Shown here piece after piece: positions 12,591-26,717 of a DNA stretch of 64,000 nucleotides (position 1 is the stretch's first letter; each line of letters begins with the position of its first letter). Made by a program: the position numbers and the translations under genes. The stretch is from Rhina ancylostomus. Taxonomy: Eukaryota. The notes beneath the pieces are model-generated. The model searched no databases and was not told where the DNA came from. It saw only the letters and a program-made list of their open reading frames with translations. Where the stretch lies: the NCBI GenBank assembly GCA_030265395.1, contig JARFYF010000074.1, positions 90,444,754-90,508,753 on the forward strand. Direction: 5' to 3'.

Positions 12591-12934
12591 ACATCAGGAT
12601 TGTTAATCAAGGAAAGGGGAATTAAAAGCTGTATCTAAGTTGGAATTGTGTTAGCAGGATGAGCATCCATTTAATGGCTGCAGTGGTACAGTAGTAACAT
12701 GCAGAAACACTGCGGGTGATATGAGAAAGATGTTTATGCTTAGGCAGCCAACATGAAAATATAAATTTTGATAGAAAGTAAATTTGCAATTTTATAAGAA
12801 AAATGAAATTTCAGGAATTTTTCAATAACATTTTGGGAAAGTTTACCTTTACATAGAAATGTCAAAATCAGAGCAAAAGTAAAGATCTATTACAAATTAC
12901 ATGATGTGATACAACTCCATTGCTCTGACACAGG

Positions 12935-13228
12935 ATCGAAATATCTAATACTAGAGGACATGCATTTAAGGTAAGGGGGGTAAGTTCAAAGGAGATGTGT
13001 AGGGCAATTTTTTAAAAAAAACACACAGGAATGGGTGCCTGAAATGGAGACAAATATGATAGAAACATTTAAGAGGCTCTTAGATGGGCACATGAATGTG
13101 CAGCGAATGGAGGGATGTGGTCATTGTGTAGGCAGAAGGGATTAGTTAAGCATTTAATTACTCATTAGTTCAACACAACGTCATGGGCAGAAGGGCCTGT
13201 TCCTGTGCTGTACCATTCTATGTTCTAA
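12935..13228 (+). mobile_element. CR1 LINE 3' end
   Basis: ACTAGAGGACATGCATTTAAGGT...GAAGGGCCTGTTCCTGTGCTGTACCATTCTATGTTCTA. Confidence 0.85.
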
Positions 13229-16200
13229 CTATAATATCCTCACTGACACTTTTATCTAAAGAGTAAATATCAATGAAGAGGGCAGAACGTAAAACAAAAA
13301 GTAATGATCGATTGGTCATTTTTTTCCTATTTAAAATTGAACTATGAATCCTTACTAGCCTGAAAATGAAAAGCCATTGAAATTTTTTTTTTGTTTTCAT
13401 GTAAATCTTGTAATAATTAGGACTCGTGAATTTACTCCTGTAGTGAATATCCTCTAGGAGATTCATAATTAAACTGAGGTGTAAAATCGAATGCGATTAA
13501 CGACTGAGGCTTCATGGCATGCATGAAGTATGGTGCAACTTTGAACTGCTGCTTCTATGCAACAGGCATGCCTTTGCATGAATAATGAAAGGCACACAAT
13601 GCCAATGTCAATCAGTATGCAATGCACATTTGGCATTAGTGCTGCAACATTGGTTAGCCGATACACAACTAGAAAAGTGGCTGGGCCACAATCAGAGGAA
13701 CAAATCCTAATGGAAAGTATACCTACTCAAGCACTTTTTAAATAATCAGATCTTTGTTGGTGGGAAGTGTGTTATAGAAGACAACAATGCATTAGCGTTA
13801 GTATCTTATTGGCGGGTTTTTTTTGGGTCAAGATTTCCTGTCTGTCCTGATTTTTCCCTGAGTGACCTCTCATACTGCCACAACGTCCAACCCAGCACTG
13901 GAGAATCAGGCTGGTTTCTCTCCAGTGCTCTCTTCCCATTGGTTACCCCAAGCCATCCCATTACACATAAAAGTAGTTCCAAATAAGAACCAATACTTTA
14001 CCCAAGCAGTGATATCAAACACAAGTATGCACTTCACATACAATTCACCAAATCATATGTTATTAATATGCTAAACGATGAAGGTTCATGAATCATGCTG
14101 CTTATCTACACACCTTGCAGGTTGTCCATGCAGATAAGATCACTCCCCTGAAGAATGGGGTGAAACTGGAGCAGGTTCTTCTTGAATAATTATTTTACCA
14201 TGCGCTGTTATGTGCTGCACAGTATCTAGATCTGTGTATTTTACTCAAGCTTAGAATTAGAATTAACATTTTTACAACAGGTAAAACTTTGAAGCATCAA
14301 CACAACAATGAGAGAGAGGAGCAATACTGATGTATTTTAGTCCATAAGATGAAGTGCATTGAACATTTACACTCTTGTTGTGGAGGTGCTGAAAGCAGAG
14401 AAGATACTAGGCTGAAGTGATTTTTCCCTGGAATTGGGTTTACTACAACATGTCAGCAAATTGGATATTCTTTCCGAAACAGTGTGAAACATGATGCAGG
14501 ACCTTGAACAAATCAAAGAGCATTGTAATAGCACAGTACAAAGAGGGAATACTTCCCTGCACTTCATTGTCTTCCAAAGCAGTTCTGTAAAGCTTGCTGT
14601 CTTTGATTACATGCCAGACTTGCGGGAAGATCAGAGAGATGTAGTTTGGTCTACTTTTTTTTTGGAGGTGGTTAAACAAGTGATATTTATTTAATACACA
14701 TTCAACATAGCCCAGGCCTGGATGTTTCTGCCTGCTAGTGCAGGATTAGTTGGTTTGCTTCATTATCAGAGAAGTGGAGAAAGGAGCGGAACATATTGGA
14801 ACATCAACAAGCAGCTTCATTCCTGCCCCAAAGTCAAAGGCAAAATCTTTGAAAGATGATTAGAAGGATGTTCTTCTGAGGCAATAATGCCCCAAGCTTT
14901 CAATGACTGGCCTGCATCGACTGGCATTAGACTAGTTAACAATTCATTAAAATATCACATGCAGAGGTTTTGTGATCCCATAGTCAACAGAGTTGTTCCA
15001 ATGAATTTGAAGTTAAAGAAATGTTTGTGTTTATAGGAAATGATCTTCTGCCACATCTCAATGAAGGAAACACAGCTTCTAGNNNNNNNNNNNNNNNNNN
15101 NNNNNNNNNNNNNNNNNNNNNNNNNNNNNNNNNNNNNNNNNNNNNNNNNNNNNNNNNNNNNNNNNNNNNNNNNNNNNNNNNNAAACACAGCTTCTAGAGC
15201 TTAACCAGAAAATGCTGTTGTGCCCAAGTACAGTGAAAAACCGTCGTGTTGAAATACATTTCTACTTTATCACTTTGTGTGTCAATTGAACAAGGAATTG
15301 CAGGAACTGATGAGGGTTTCCAGCATTTTCTGTTTTCATTTATGGAACTGCAGGAACTGACCGAGTCAATTTCTCGACTTCTATACCACAAATAAGACCT
15401 ACACATTCCAGCTTGTCAGATTGCTTCAAGTCTATTTGGGAGCACAAAAATAAACACAGAACTTTGGAAATATTCAATGCTGTTCCACTCCCTTCAAAAG
15501 AACTGACTTTTATTGGGTTTGTTTCCAAACTGATCCATAGATTGGCAGTACAAGATGTTCTTTTAAAGTCGTGGTCAAGCTCTACATTGCTGACTGTTAC
15601 ATATTACTATAACCATGTTTCTGTGATCCATCTCAAAAATCTATTCCATCCCAGCTCTTCTCAATAAGCAAACCCTCAAAATCAAAACAGAATGTAAAAG
15701 GTGAGTCTACCATCTATGACTTGAATTGGTAGTTTGAATGCCTGATCCGCTGTGCTCATCTGGAATCAGACTCGGAAAGGTAAGTTATCTTAGTCAACTT
15801 GTAGCTTCTCTCTCTTAAGAAGGCATGTTATTATCCTTCTGTTGCTGCTAACTTCACTATCCTGTTACAGTATATCTGATACTTTTTGGTCTATTAGATA
15901 GCCTTTACTCTCAACACTAACTCTCCAAGTACAACTTTGTAGATTTCAGTTTTTGTCCAACAGATATTGAATTTCAAATGGAAAAAGGCTGCGTCAGCAT
16001 TCTTTGTTGCTGAAGAATTGAAGCCAGGTCTATTTCTGCACAGTTACTTCTCAGTTATGAGACAGGGAAAGATAACATCTCCATCAGACTCTTTGTTTTT
16101 GTCTCAGGTGTTTCCCCATGTTTTTTAATATAAATTCTGTAATGTGATACTCTTTATAATTCATGTACCCTTTAAGGTTTGTCATATATATGAGAATACC

Positions 16201-17796
16201 TTGGTGCAATTCTGTATCTCTGAAAAACTATTGCCAAGCTCTAGAAAGTTTATAAGCTATGTACTATTAATTCTTATCTTTGCTGAATCATCTACACATA
16301 ATAACTACCCCTTCATGACTTTCATTTTTAGGGGTATAATAAAGTTACCATATTTTTAAATTACAAAAAAATTAAATATGAATGAGAAACAGAAAATTAT
16401 AGAAAAGTAAAGTATCAGTAAAGACAAGGCAGGATAGGATCATAAAATCAGAATATACCAGAGGTTTAAAAATATTTTTCTTAGATTTTATTTATAGCAA
16501 CAAATAAAAGGGTATATTAGTCAAATGTAAAATATCAATAAATTTAGAGAAATTATTAAAATTGCTATTAATTTGGAACATGCAACAAAAACAGAATTTA
16601 AATAACACACTCTTTTGTTATGAACTCAACAATTCTTTTCCAGTTGTGAGGCACAGTAAAAGCAAATGCTTTCTTCCAGTTCCCATCATAAAAGCTCAAA
16701 GTACTGCTTGGGTCATGGGTTAAAATACAATAAAGGTTAATCAGTTTGGCTGAAAGAAACCCAATAAAAACCCGTGGAGAGAGATGCAGAGTTAATGTTT
16801 CAGGTTGAAGATCTGAAATGTTAATTGTGTTTTCTCTTTCCACAAATGCTACCTCACCTACAGAGTGTTTCCAAGATTTTCTGTTTTTATGCCAGGCATT
16901 TAAATATTTGGTATGATGATACTTTACAAATGTGAAACCAATAAATAAGAAATCTAATTCAGCAGCTGCTAGTCAAGGTCATTTTATTAATGTGTCTTTT
17001 AATTATTAATGTATCATAGCACTAGTTAGTATTATTTCTAAAATGGCCCTAGTAACCCAGTATATAGTTGATGAACTCACTTAAGATATTGCAAAACTCT
17101 GAAATGGTGTTCAATATTCAAGTATAGGTTTCAGACAAAGCTTATTAGCCAAGATACAGATCCCATACAGACAGCAATCCAAATATCTCAAAACGATATG
17201 CAGGATATAAACAAACAGTAGATTTAGCTAATAATTTCTACATAATTACATGAAAGTACCTTTGCCTTTCCTTCCCTGTTTCCTCCCAATTCTGGTTTTC
17301 ATAATGGGAACAATATATAAAACAATCACTTAATGCACATTTTGTACATACACTGCATATTCAGTATATTGTAATCTGTATATTTCTCCCTATATACATA
17401 CACTCCAGAAGTGCATAGCTATCTATATGCACTTTGCAATTAGTCTGTATCTGCACATTCAGTATTTGCACATATGTATATACATTTACTTGTTGCATAT
17501 ACACATCCTATGTTTGCATACTTAACACTCAAAATCCTCTACAGACATCCTTATGCCAATTCCTTAAATAGACACTGTAGAAATACAGTAAAAATCTACA
17601 AAAAAAAGCATTTTTAAAAATTTTAAATACAGACTTTGATACTGCTTGTGTTCATGGAGAATTCAATTTCAAACAAGCTTCCATGCACCACTATTTAGTA
17701 TAAATTAGCCATTTGTCAACATGTGGTATCTAGATTGCTGAACCCAGAATAAAATATCATACATAATAAAACCATGCCTGGAAGTCAAACACACGT

Positions 17797-18132
17797 ATAG
17801 ATTGGCATAGATCTAGTGGACAGTCAGAGACATTTTCCCCAGGGCGACAATGGCTAACACGAGGGGGCATAACTTTAAGGTGATTGGAGGAAGATACAAG
17901 GGGGATGTCAGGGGTAACGTTTTTTTTTACGTAGAGAGTGGTGGGTGCATGGAATGCACTGCCAGCAGAGGTTATGGGGGCAGATACATTAGGGATATTT
18001 ATCTTAGATAGACACATGAATGATAGAGAAATGGAGGGCTATGTAGGAGGAAAGAGTTAGAGCAGGATAAAGTGTCAGCACAACATTGTGGGCTGAAGGG
18101 CCTGTACTGTGCTGTAATATTCTATGTTCTAA
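17797..18132 (+). mobile_element. CR1 LINE 3' end
   Basis: ACGAGGGGGCATAACTTTAAGGTG...GGGCTGAAGGGCCTGTACTGTGCTGTAATATTCTATGTTCTA. Confidence 0.88.
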
Positions 18133-19419
18133 GTAAGAAATGCTGAAGGATGAATCACCAATCATGAGCTTTTAAGTACAAGGTAATATGATCAATTCTA
18201 TTTTTCTCCCCATATTGTGCATTTTTTTGCACCAACCACCTCTCTCCATTTCAACCTAGAAATGGAGTGATTCATATTTATTTTGCCAATCTTTATTTGA
18301 TAACTTGCCATTTTGCAATTCAGTCAACAGATGGCACAAGCTGCCCCAACATCTCAGGGCAAGGGAAATAATGGGTAAATTGAGTAAAGCCAGCTGATCA
18401 TGAAACCATAAAAAGGCAGCGGGGTGGAGGCGCTGGGACATATTACACCAGCATTCCAACTTGAGGATTTTGGAAATGAAGGATTTGAACAGGGATAACT
18501 AGTGGAGAAAGAAGTTTTTTTTAAGCTTTTTTCAAATACCTCCCACCATCCTCCCAGTCTCTTCTATGTACCTTTATTATAATTTATTCATAAGGCATTT
18601 AGAGGAACATTATTAGTGGACTTGGCTTAGGTGNNNNNNNNNNNNNNNNNNNNNNNNNNNNNNNNNNNNNNNNNNNNNNNNNNNNNNNNNNNNNNNNNNN
18701 NNNNNNNNNNNNNNNNNNNNNNNNNNNNNNNNNTAGGTGTGTCTGCACTTATTATCATGGTATATTGGTTTCTTTGCTACAGGTTCAGGGTTATTTGACA
18801 GGCATGGGTATGAGAGATGGGACAGGGAACCAGCATACATTGGACCGAAAGGTTTGAGCACAACCAGATGGGATCAAACAGAATGTCAGGATGGGCTTGA
18901 GAAGGTAAATAGTTTGCTCCTTTTCTCTGAGCTGGTTAGAGCTGTCCACTCTTTCAGGTTGTTTATATTTTGTTTGGGGTGGTGGGTGATATGCTCTCAG
19001 TATTATGAGGCACTGTTGTTGGAAGCAGATTCAGAATCTGGAACAAGCAAATCACAAGTACATACATCAGACAGTTTCTATAATACAGCAGTTTTACATA
19101 AAAGCAGAAGTTGAAAAAATACCTCAATATTTCACCAGACTGGCACAGCTCATCACAAGATTATAAATTTACTGCCTCCAAATTAGGGAAATGATACATT
19201 GCCCAACATGAAAATGTTGGGTATCTAAACCAAATACTTTTACCAGAGCTCAGTGATGCTCCACTGACTCTAGTGAGAGTGAATACCATTTGCTAACTTC
19301 TCAGTTCCAAAAGGTTGAAGGAGGAAATAACAGATGGCAAATTTCTTTAACATCAGTTTTTGTTTGTAACTGCTTTCTTTTGATACTCAAACAAACAGAC
19401 AAGTTATGGAGATGAACAG

Positions 19420-20545
19420 AACTAATCCAATCTGGCCGATATGCACCCATCACTATACTATCAATCATTAACAAGATGATGGAAGATGTCATTGCTAGTG
19501 TCATCATGTGGCAGCTACTCACTAGTAAGCTGCTCACCAATGGTTGGACCACACAACTTTAGACTTCAATACAGCCTTGGTCCAAAAGCTGAATTCCAGA
19601 ATTGAGATAATAGTGGCTGTGTTGACATCAGAGCACCATTCAGCCAACTACGGTATGGTGCAGCCCTAATGAAATTCAAGGCAATGGTTATCAGGGCAAA
19701 ACTCTCTACTGGTTAAAATTATACTTTGCACAACACAAGATGGTTATGGTTATTGTAGGGCAAATATTTCAGTCATATTACATTGCTGATGGGTTTCTAA
19801 GATCATCAGCCACATGGTCCTCTCCCCACTGTAAGGTTACTGTAAGCAACTTACTTCTCTTCCTGATTATAGTACTGTGATCATTTCCAGTCAAAACTCT
19901 CTAGATAATGAATTAGCCAGTGCCAGCATGCAGCAAGAACTTACAGGTACAGGCAGCTAAGTGACAACAATGCTGGCTAATGACCATCTCCAAAAGGGAT
20001 CATCTCACCCTTTTATCTAACTTTTATGTTCAATGTCATTAAATTTCTCATCAGTATCCTGGGGATGACCAGAAACTTAATTAGATCAAGTGCATAAATA
20101 TTGTTGAATGAAAATCAAGTATGGGGCAGAATTTTCTGTGGTGACAGATTTCACCTCTAACAGTCCAAAGTCTTTCCACTATCTCTCGCACAGGGGCATA
20201 TTAATGATCTGTCCTCCATTTGCCTGGATGAGTGCAGCTTCAAGAATGCCCTAGAAGCTCAAATCATCCACAACAATGAAGCCTGCTTGACTGACACCCT
20301 ACCTTACTTCTTTAAATACTTACTCCTTTCACTGCTGGCATTCTATTTTGCTGTAGCACCTACAAGGTGCACAGAAAAACATCACCGAGATGCTTTTGAC
20401 ATCAGCTCTCATACCAGCAACCTCTACCACTGAGAAGAACAAAGGCAACTGGTGCAAGGTCATTCCCCAAGGTCCCCTCCTGATCACACCATTCTGACTT
20501 TGGAACGTGTTGTAGTCCCTTCACTGTCATTGGGTCAAACCTCTA
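19420..20545 (+). mobile_element. Old CR1/L2-group LINE RT fragment (highly decayed)
   Basis: Remnants such as LDI...ALMKFKAMVIRAKLSTG...AQHKMVMVIVG and LAWMSAAS, broken by many stops and frameshifts. Confidence 0.55.
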
Positions 20546-22469
20546 AGAAAAGCTTNNNNNNNNNNACATTTTGAGGAGGAACATCAGCATTGATCGGATG
20601 AGGGGGTCTAGGGTGGACAAGAGGAACACTCTGCAGCAAGAACACAAGAAATGGGAGCAGGAGTAGGCCATACTTGAGCCTATTCTGGCATTCAACAAGA
20701 ACATAGCTGATTAAATCTTTGGCCTGAACTTCAATCCCAAAATCTTCATGCACAATGTGTGTAGAGGTGCATCCTGGTCGTTCTTTCCTCACAAGACAAC
20801 CTTCTCATCCCAGGAATCAATCTCGAGAGGCGCTAAGAATAAGTTCATGATTCAGTAGCTCAGTAACTTATTCACTCTCCTGCCCTGAAAACAATACCTT
20901 GTTAAATCCTTGAATTTTCCTTTAAGGAATACTGAGGAAACAATTATTCTCTGTCACACCCTATTATTTGGATGTGATTTTCATGTTGAGGAGACAACTG
21001 TTTTTGATATGATGCCTGTTTTTGACTTGACCTGCGCCAAATGCACTAATGTAAAATTGGCAACAAATCCCCTTGCTAATAAGGCCTAAAGCCTGTTTTG
21101 GTACCAGGTACCAAATGTCTGACTGTCTAACCAGCAATCTCAAGAGAAAGCTGGTACCAGAATGAAGAAGAGATGTCATTTTCTCATTTACCTCAAGATG
21201 GAGCCAGAGGAAGCAAAAATAAACCGTAGGTCTTTAATAATTACAATTGTCCATCAACTCCATCCTCACCCTGCCCCAAATTGGGAGACCAAGTCTTGCT
21301 GGTATTGTGCAGCTGTGACTTGGCCCCAATTTGAAGCAAGACTGTAGCCTCCATATGGAGCCATTTTAAATGTGTTGCTGATTGTATACCAGTTTTAGTC
21401 TTGAGCATATTTCTTAACCAATTAAACCATCCAGCATACTTCCATATCCATGACAATCTGCCAGTACAGGTTTAGAAGCTGGTCTGCAATGTAGTTTATT
21501 GCAACATTTAATAATGGTAATGAAGTTAATACCCAGTACAAGAATTGTCTTAAATTTATTCATCAAAGACCTGGTGACTTCCTGTTAGGTTTTCCCTTGC
21601 AGATTCTGCAAAGCTGGTGGCAAAGGGGCTGATTCTCATTCAAGTACCCATGGCTGGCACCTGTAGTTCAAGCCTGTAAGGACCCAACTGCAGATTGGTG
21701 GATCTGTGGTGCTTCTGGAACAGCCCGGCACAGCTGATATCCTGGCACTATGGCAGATATCAGTCAAATGCATAGCAAACAAGCAGAGGAACAGATATCC
21801 TGAGCAAGCAAATATATACTGTTCCTATGGAGTCACTGGCACTCCCACTTCAACATGTGAGCAACTTGCAGGTTGAGAGATTACTTGAAGAATCTTTGTC
21901 AAACTGGATAATCTTAAGTATACAGGAAAAGAACAAGGAAATGGAACTGAATAGATTGCTCAACAGAGAACTAGCATGGACTTGTTGGAGTGAATGGCCT
22001 CCAAATAACAACTTGATTATTGTAGATGAGCCCCAGTCACTCCTACATGGTTTGTAGATCCAGAGCTATATGTACGTGCATTAAATTTGCAAAGTCCAGC
22101 CACACCGGCTGGAGAGCATATACTATCTCAATTCTGAGTATTGGACAGAGACCCAGACCAGTCCAACTATGACACTGGGGCAATTAAATAAATTGGGAAT
22201 AAAAAGCTACAATCCATAATGATGATCATGAAACAATTGTACTGTACTAAAAACCGGTTACATGACATACTAATATCCTTTTGGGCAACTAATCTAGTGT
22301 TATTACCTTATGGCTAACAGAAATGTGACCAACTATCTGCCAAAATACCTAGCAAGATGCTCAGTTGGATCAAATTGCTTCAAGAAGAAATAATGAAAAA
22401 TCAAGTTTGACCACCTAGCATTGGCCTAGGTACCAGTTATGTCAAAGGTACATATTACCAGTTGACATT

Positions 22470-23220
22470 CAAGGTTCTTCTTGTTAACATCTGAGGACTG
22501 CCAAAATTGGACAACTATCCCATAGTCTACTCAAGCATGGCCAGACAGGGTCAGAACCATACCTTTTAGCTAATGCCCAAGACTCATCAGCAATTTTTGA
22601 TGTGGCTTGTCCTAATGGCAGACACAGCAGAGGTGCTGGATATGGTATAGAGTCAGGAGACATTGATCACGGGAATCTCAACAGTGCTTCGAAAATCCAG
22701 AAGACTTCCATCCTCAGGTCAAATGTGAGCAAGGAAATCTCCACTGTCCTCTCTCAGCTGATGAATCATTATTCCTCCATGGTGAACACCACTTGGAAGA
22801 AGTGCAAAAGGTGGCAGGGAAGTAGGATAATCTCTTGGTGAATGAGCTCATTGTTCATCACCAAGAATGGTTCAGTGATATTACCAAAAGGAAGCCTGGG
22901 TGGAATGATGTGAGAACCTAAATGTGGGAAAAACCTGCATGACCTGGTGCAAAGTAAGCTCCTGAACCAGAGGATGTGGCATATACTCCTCTGCTGATTG
23001 GGTTATGTTCAAAATAAACTATAAAGTTCAAAACCAGGCATTCATAAGGTGCTGGATGAAGCATAACCAGCAGCACCAGCAGAATTGTGTTCCGACACAG
23101 TTTGTTAATCTGTGACATCCTTCACTCTACAACTAGCACGTCAGAAGCCTTAGCTTGGTTCAATTCCATCTGTAGAAGAATATGCCAGGAGCAACACAAA
23201 ACAGATCAAAAAATGAGATA
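22470..23220 (+). mobile_element. Old LINE APE-endonuclease region fragment
   Basis: Decayed NI*GLPKLDNYP...SRGAG...FIVHHQEWFSD, resembling the start of LINE ORF2. Confidence 0.5.
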
Positions 23221-25844
23221 AAAATTTTCAAAATAGTTAACAAGTCATGTAGCATCTGTGAAGAGAGAAGCAGTTAATGTTTTAGAACTGTTGAAAGGCC
23301 ATAACCTAAAATAATAACTTTCTGTCTCTACAGATATTGTCTTACCTGCTGAGTATTTCAGCATTTTCTGTCAGATTTCCAGCATTTGCAGTCTTTTGGA
23401 TTTCTAAAATCGCCCTACTAACTTATGGTTTAGGACTGTTTACATAATAGAGCTAAGACATTCTTAAACCATTTTATCTGATCTTCTGATATAACAGCAC
23501 TGTGGGAATGCCTTCACCAATTGATTGAAGCAGTTCATGATGGTGGTTTACCACATCTTCAAAAGCAATTAGGGATGGGCAATAAATTTTGACGCAATAC
23601 AATCAACAGATAATTACTCTCCTTTGTAAGGGTTGAAGTGTCTCTGAACGTTTCTTCTCTTTCCATCTGCAAAGTGCTAATATCATGAGTGATGATGCAC
23701 TGGGAGCAGACATCTAAACATATTTGTTTGAAGCTACCTACTACTATTCAATTCTTTTGTGCCGCACTATATTGGTAATCTGTAAAGGTTCAGTCATGGA
23801 TTTTCTAGTGCATTAATTAATTAAATGAACTCTCAAATTCACCAAATTCATCTTTTTTCAAATGTATTGATTTTATTTTGAAGAAACCCCAATGTGCAAA
23901 CGTAAATTCAAGGGTGTATACATATTACAGAGCTTGAACTCATAAGCATCCAAGAAAGGTGCAAATGATTTAGATTCATGTAACAATGGAAACGGTAGAG
24001 TGCCTCAAGCCATCCTTTCTAGCTCTATATTGTTCCTGTCCAAAAGAACAGCTTTGTGTTCTCTCCCCAGGCTGCAATGAGTTACTAATTTCAATAAGGC
24101 TACTTAGAAGCTGTAGTTGACCTCTGCCGGTACTATAGTTACCATCTGTTACTGAGGTTGCCACACTCCAGTGGTTCTAACGTAATTCTCTGGAGTAGTT
24201 CCTCCTGGCTTTTAGAAACAGCAGTGCTTCTGCTTTCACAATCCTGTATCTGGTTACATTTAGCATAGCATATACATGGGAAGGAGTTACATAAACTGCA
24301 ACTTAATTCACGGTAGTAGAATTATTGATAACCATGACTTGCAAATGGAATTTAAATGTTAGTATTTCTTCTGGTTACAGTTATTTTTAACTGTTACTGT
24401 TGTATGGATAATTTTAATCCCTTGTTCATTAAGAGCCAAATTTGTGTGACTTCCACACTCACCAGTGGAATCAATTTATTTAGTGGCATTTCTCTGGTGT
24501 AAAATGCAAGGGCTGTGCAACCTCCACCCTGTGTTCTTGTTCTGTGCCATCATACTCTGCCTACTTCACTGACCAAAGGAAAAATGAGGTAAATTATTTT
24601 TTTAAACTTTATTCTGTTGATTAATGTTTATATTTTTTTTAAAAAACTGTAAAATAGAACATGTCCTGTCTGAATGGTTCTCAGAGGTAGCCAGTTGGCC
24701 ATCAATCAGGGTAGCTCACCAGCTCCTCGTGAATGCAGGAGTGAGCTCACACACAATTACTTTGGGTGCAGAGAAGGGCAGGCAAGAGGAGGTCTGTTTT
24801 CAGAGAGAGGACCGTCAGAGATGCCAGGGAACGAAGTAATTTTAAAGGAAGCTGATTCCTGTCACCACAGTAGCAACTCACTCCCTTTGGTTTTCTCTTT
24901 GGTTTGNNNNNNNNNNNNNNNNNNNNNNNNNNNNNNNNNNNNNNNNNNNNNNNNNNNNNNNNNNNNNNNNNNNNNNNNNNNNNNNNNNNNNNNNNNNNNN
25001 NNNNNNCTTTGGTTTGAACTACCCAAGTATTTCAATCTGGGTGGAGTGTGCAATGCCACATTACTCCCAGATGGGGGGGGGGGGTGTTTTCATTTTACCC
25101 TTAACTGCCTGTGTTGCTTGTGGAAGAATGCATTCATTTCAGAGCTAGGTTCAGGACTAGGCCCAGAACCCCTTTGACAAGACCCAGCAACTCAATGCTG
25201 CCTGATAGATTCAGGTTGGCCTAGCATTAGCAGCCAGATTACAAGACCTGCGAAGGGTGTAATGATAAGGGGAAAGGTAGCTGAAGAATACAGTACCATA
25301 GCATCCCAGGGAAGACCCTGAAAAATAACTTAAAGTTGTCTTTGGCTATTTCACCCATAAAACTGGTCATTTATTCCAGCTCCTTTGATTTAATATGAAT
25401 TATATGTTCACCATCATTATGTGTACAATCAGCTGGTGAGGCAGATTACCCGCTTATTGTGGAGCACACTTGATTGACAATAACAGGCAAATGACCTGCT
25501 TGCTCTGTCTACCAGCAAAGATGAAAATCACCACTCATTACATTCATTTGTTTATTTCTAGTCAGCAATAGCAATCAATGTTTTTCTATCAATTATTTCT
25601 TCAGTCTATCTAATGAAATTGAGGAGGAGAGAAACAATAGGAGTATAAAATAAATGAGAACAATTTTGAAGAGACAAGTCTCTGGTGTAATACGAGGGTA
25701 TCCAAGGTAAAAATTAAAACATCAGCAAATATGCAAAAGAAACGACAATGCCAAACAAACTTTGTAATGAAAAGTTTGTAATTCTTTGAGAAATGAAGCA
25801 ATACCATGTAAAAAGCCTCCAACTAGAAATAACAATTAGGAAGC

Positions 25845-26717
25845 AAAAACCTGCAGAAGCTGAAAATCTGAAATAAAAACAGAAAATGCTATAAATACTG
25901 TATGTCAGGCAACATCTGTTGGAGCAGGTACATTTAATGTTTCAAAGTGAAGACCAAGCATGAAATCAAGCATGTTTTAAATTGAGTGAGGAGGGAGGGT
26001 AGAGGCAACATGAGACTGAGGACACAAATGGTGGTAGTGCAGCCGAGAGATGGGGACAAAGGCTTGTTAGTTGCAGCCAGGTGTAGTTGAAGGGAGATGA
26101 ATGGCACTCAGGAAAGAAAACTAGGAAAATAATGAAAGCTGAAAATAACCAGCAGGACAGGTAGCATCATGGCAAAAGAATAACTGAGTCAATGTTAGAG
26201 GTTGATGGCCTTTCATTAGAACTGGCCAGTTCTGACACAAACTAGAAAGAATGGTTTTCTGAAATTGTTGAATTCCATGTTGAATTGGAGGCCTGCAACG
26301 TGCTTAACTGGAAAATGAGACGCTTTTCCTTAAGCTTACATTGGGCTTCATTGGAACACGCAAGAGGGCAAAGACAGTGAGGTCAGAGTGGAAGTGGGAT
26401 GTAAAGTTAAAATGATCAGTGATTGGAAACTCATGGTCACCCTTATGGACTGAAAGCAAGTGCTGAGCAAACTGATCACTCAATTTTTAGTAGGTTTCTC
26501 CAGTGGAGAGACCACATTGTAAATACCGAATACAAGCCACTAAACTGGAATAAGTCCAAATAAATTACTGCTTCACCTGGAAGATGTGTTTGCATCACTA
26601 GATTGGGGTGAGGTAAAAGGGCAGGTGCTCTTCTCATGCTTTTCCATGGTAATATGTTGTGATGGGTGGAGTTGACATTGGTGGAGATGAAGAGTAAACT
26701 CAGGAGACAGAAAGGGA
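25845..26717 (-). mobile_element. Penelope-like element: GIY-YIG endonuclease C-terminus plus pLTR
   Basis: Minus strand decodes, with lesions, to KHIFQVKQ*FIWTYSSLVACIRYLQCGLSTGETY*KLSDQFAQHLLSVHKGDHEFPITDHFNFTSHFHSDLTVF, matching the PLE GIY-YIG pattern VYCI.C..CG..YIGET.R.L..RF.EH...VA.HFN. Confidence 0.75.

Noticed and set aside
24674-24840. Purine-rich segment with GAA|GTAATT as a possible exon 1B equivalent
   Set aside because: Weak donor, no CpG island, and only vague resemblance to mammalian exon 1B.
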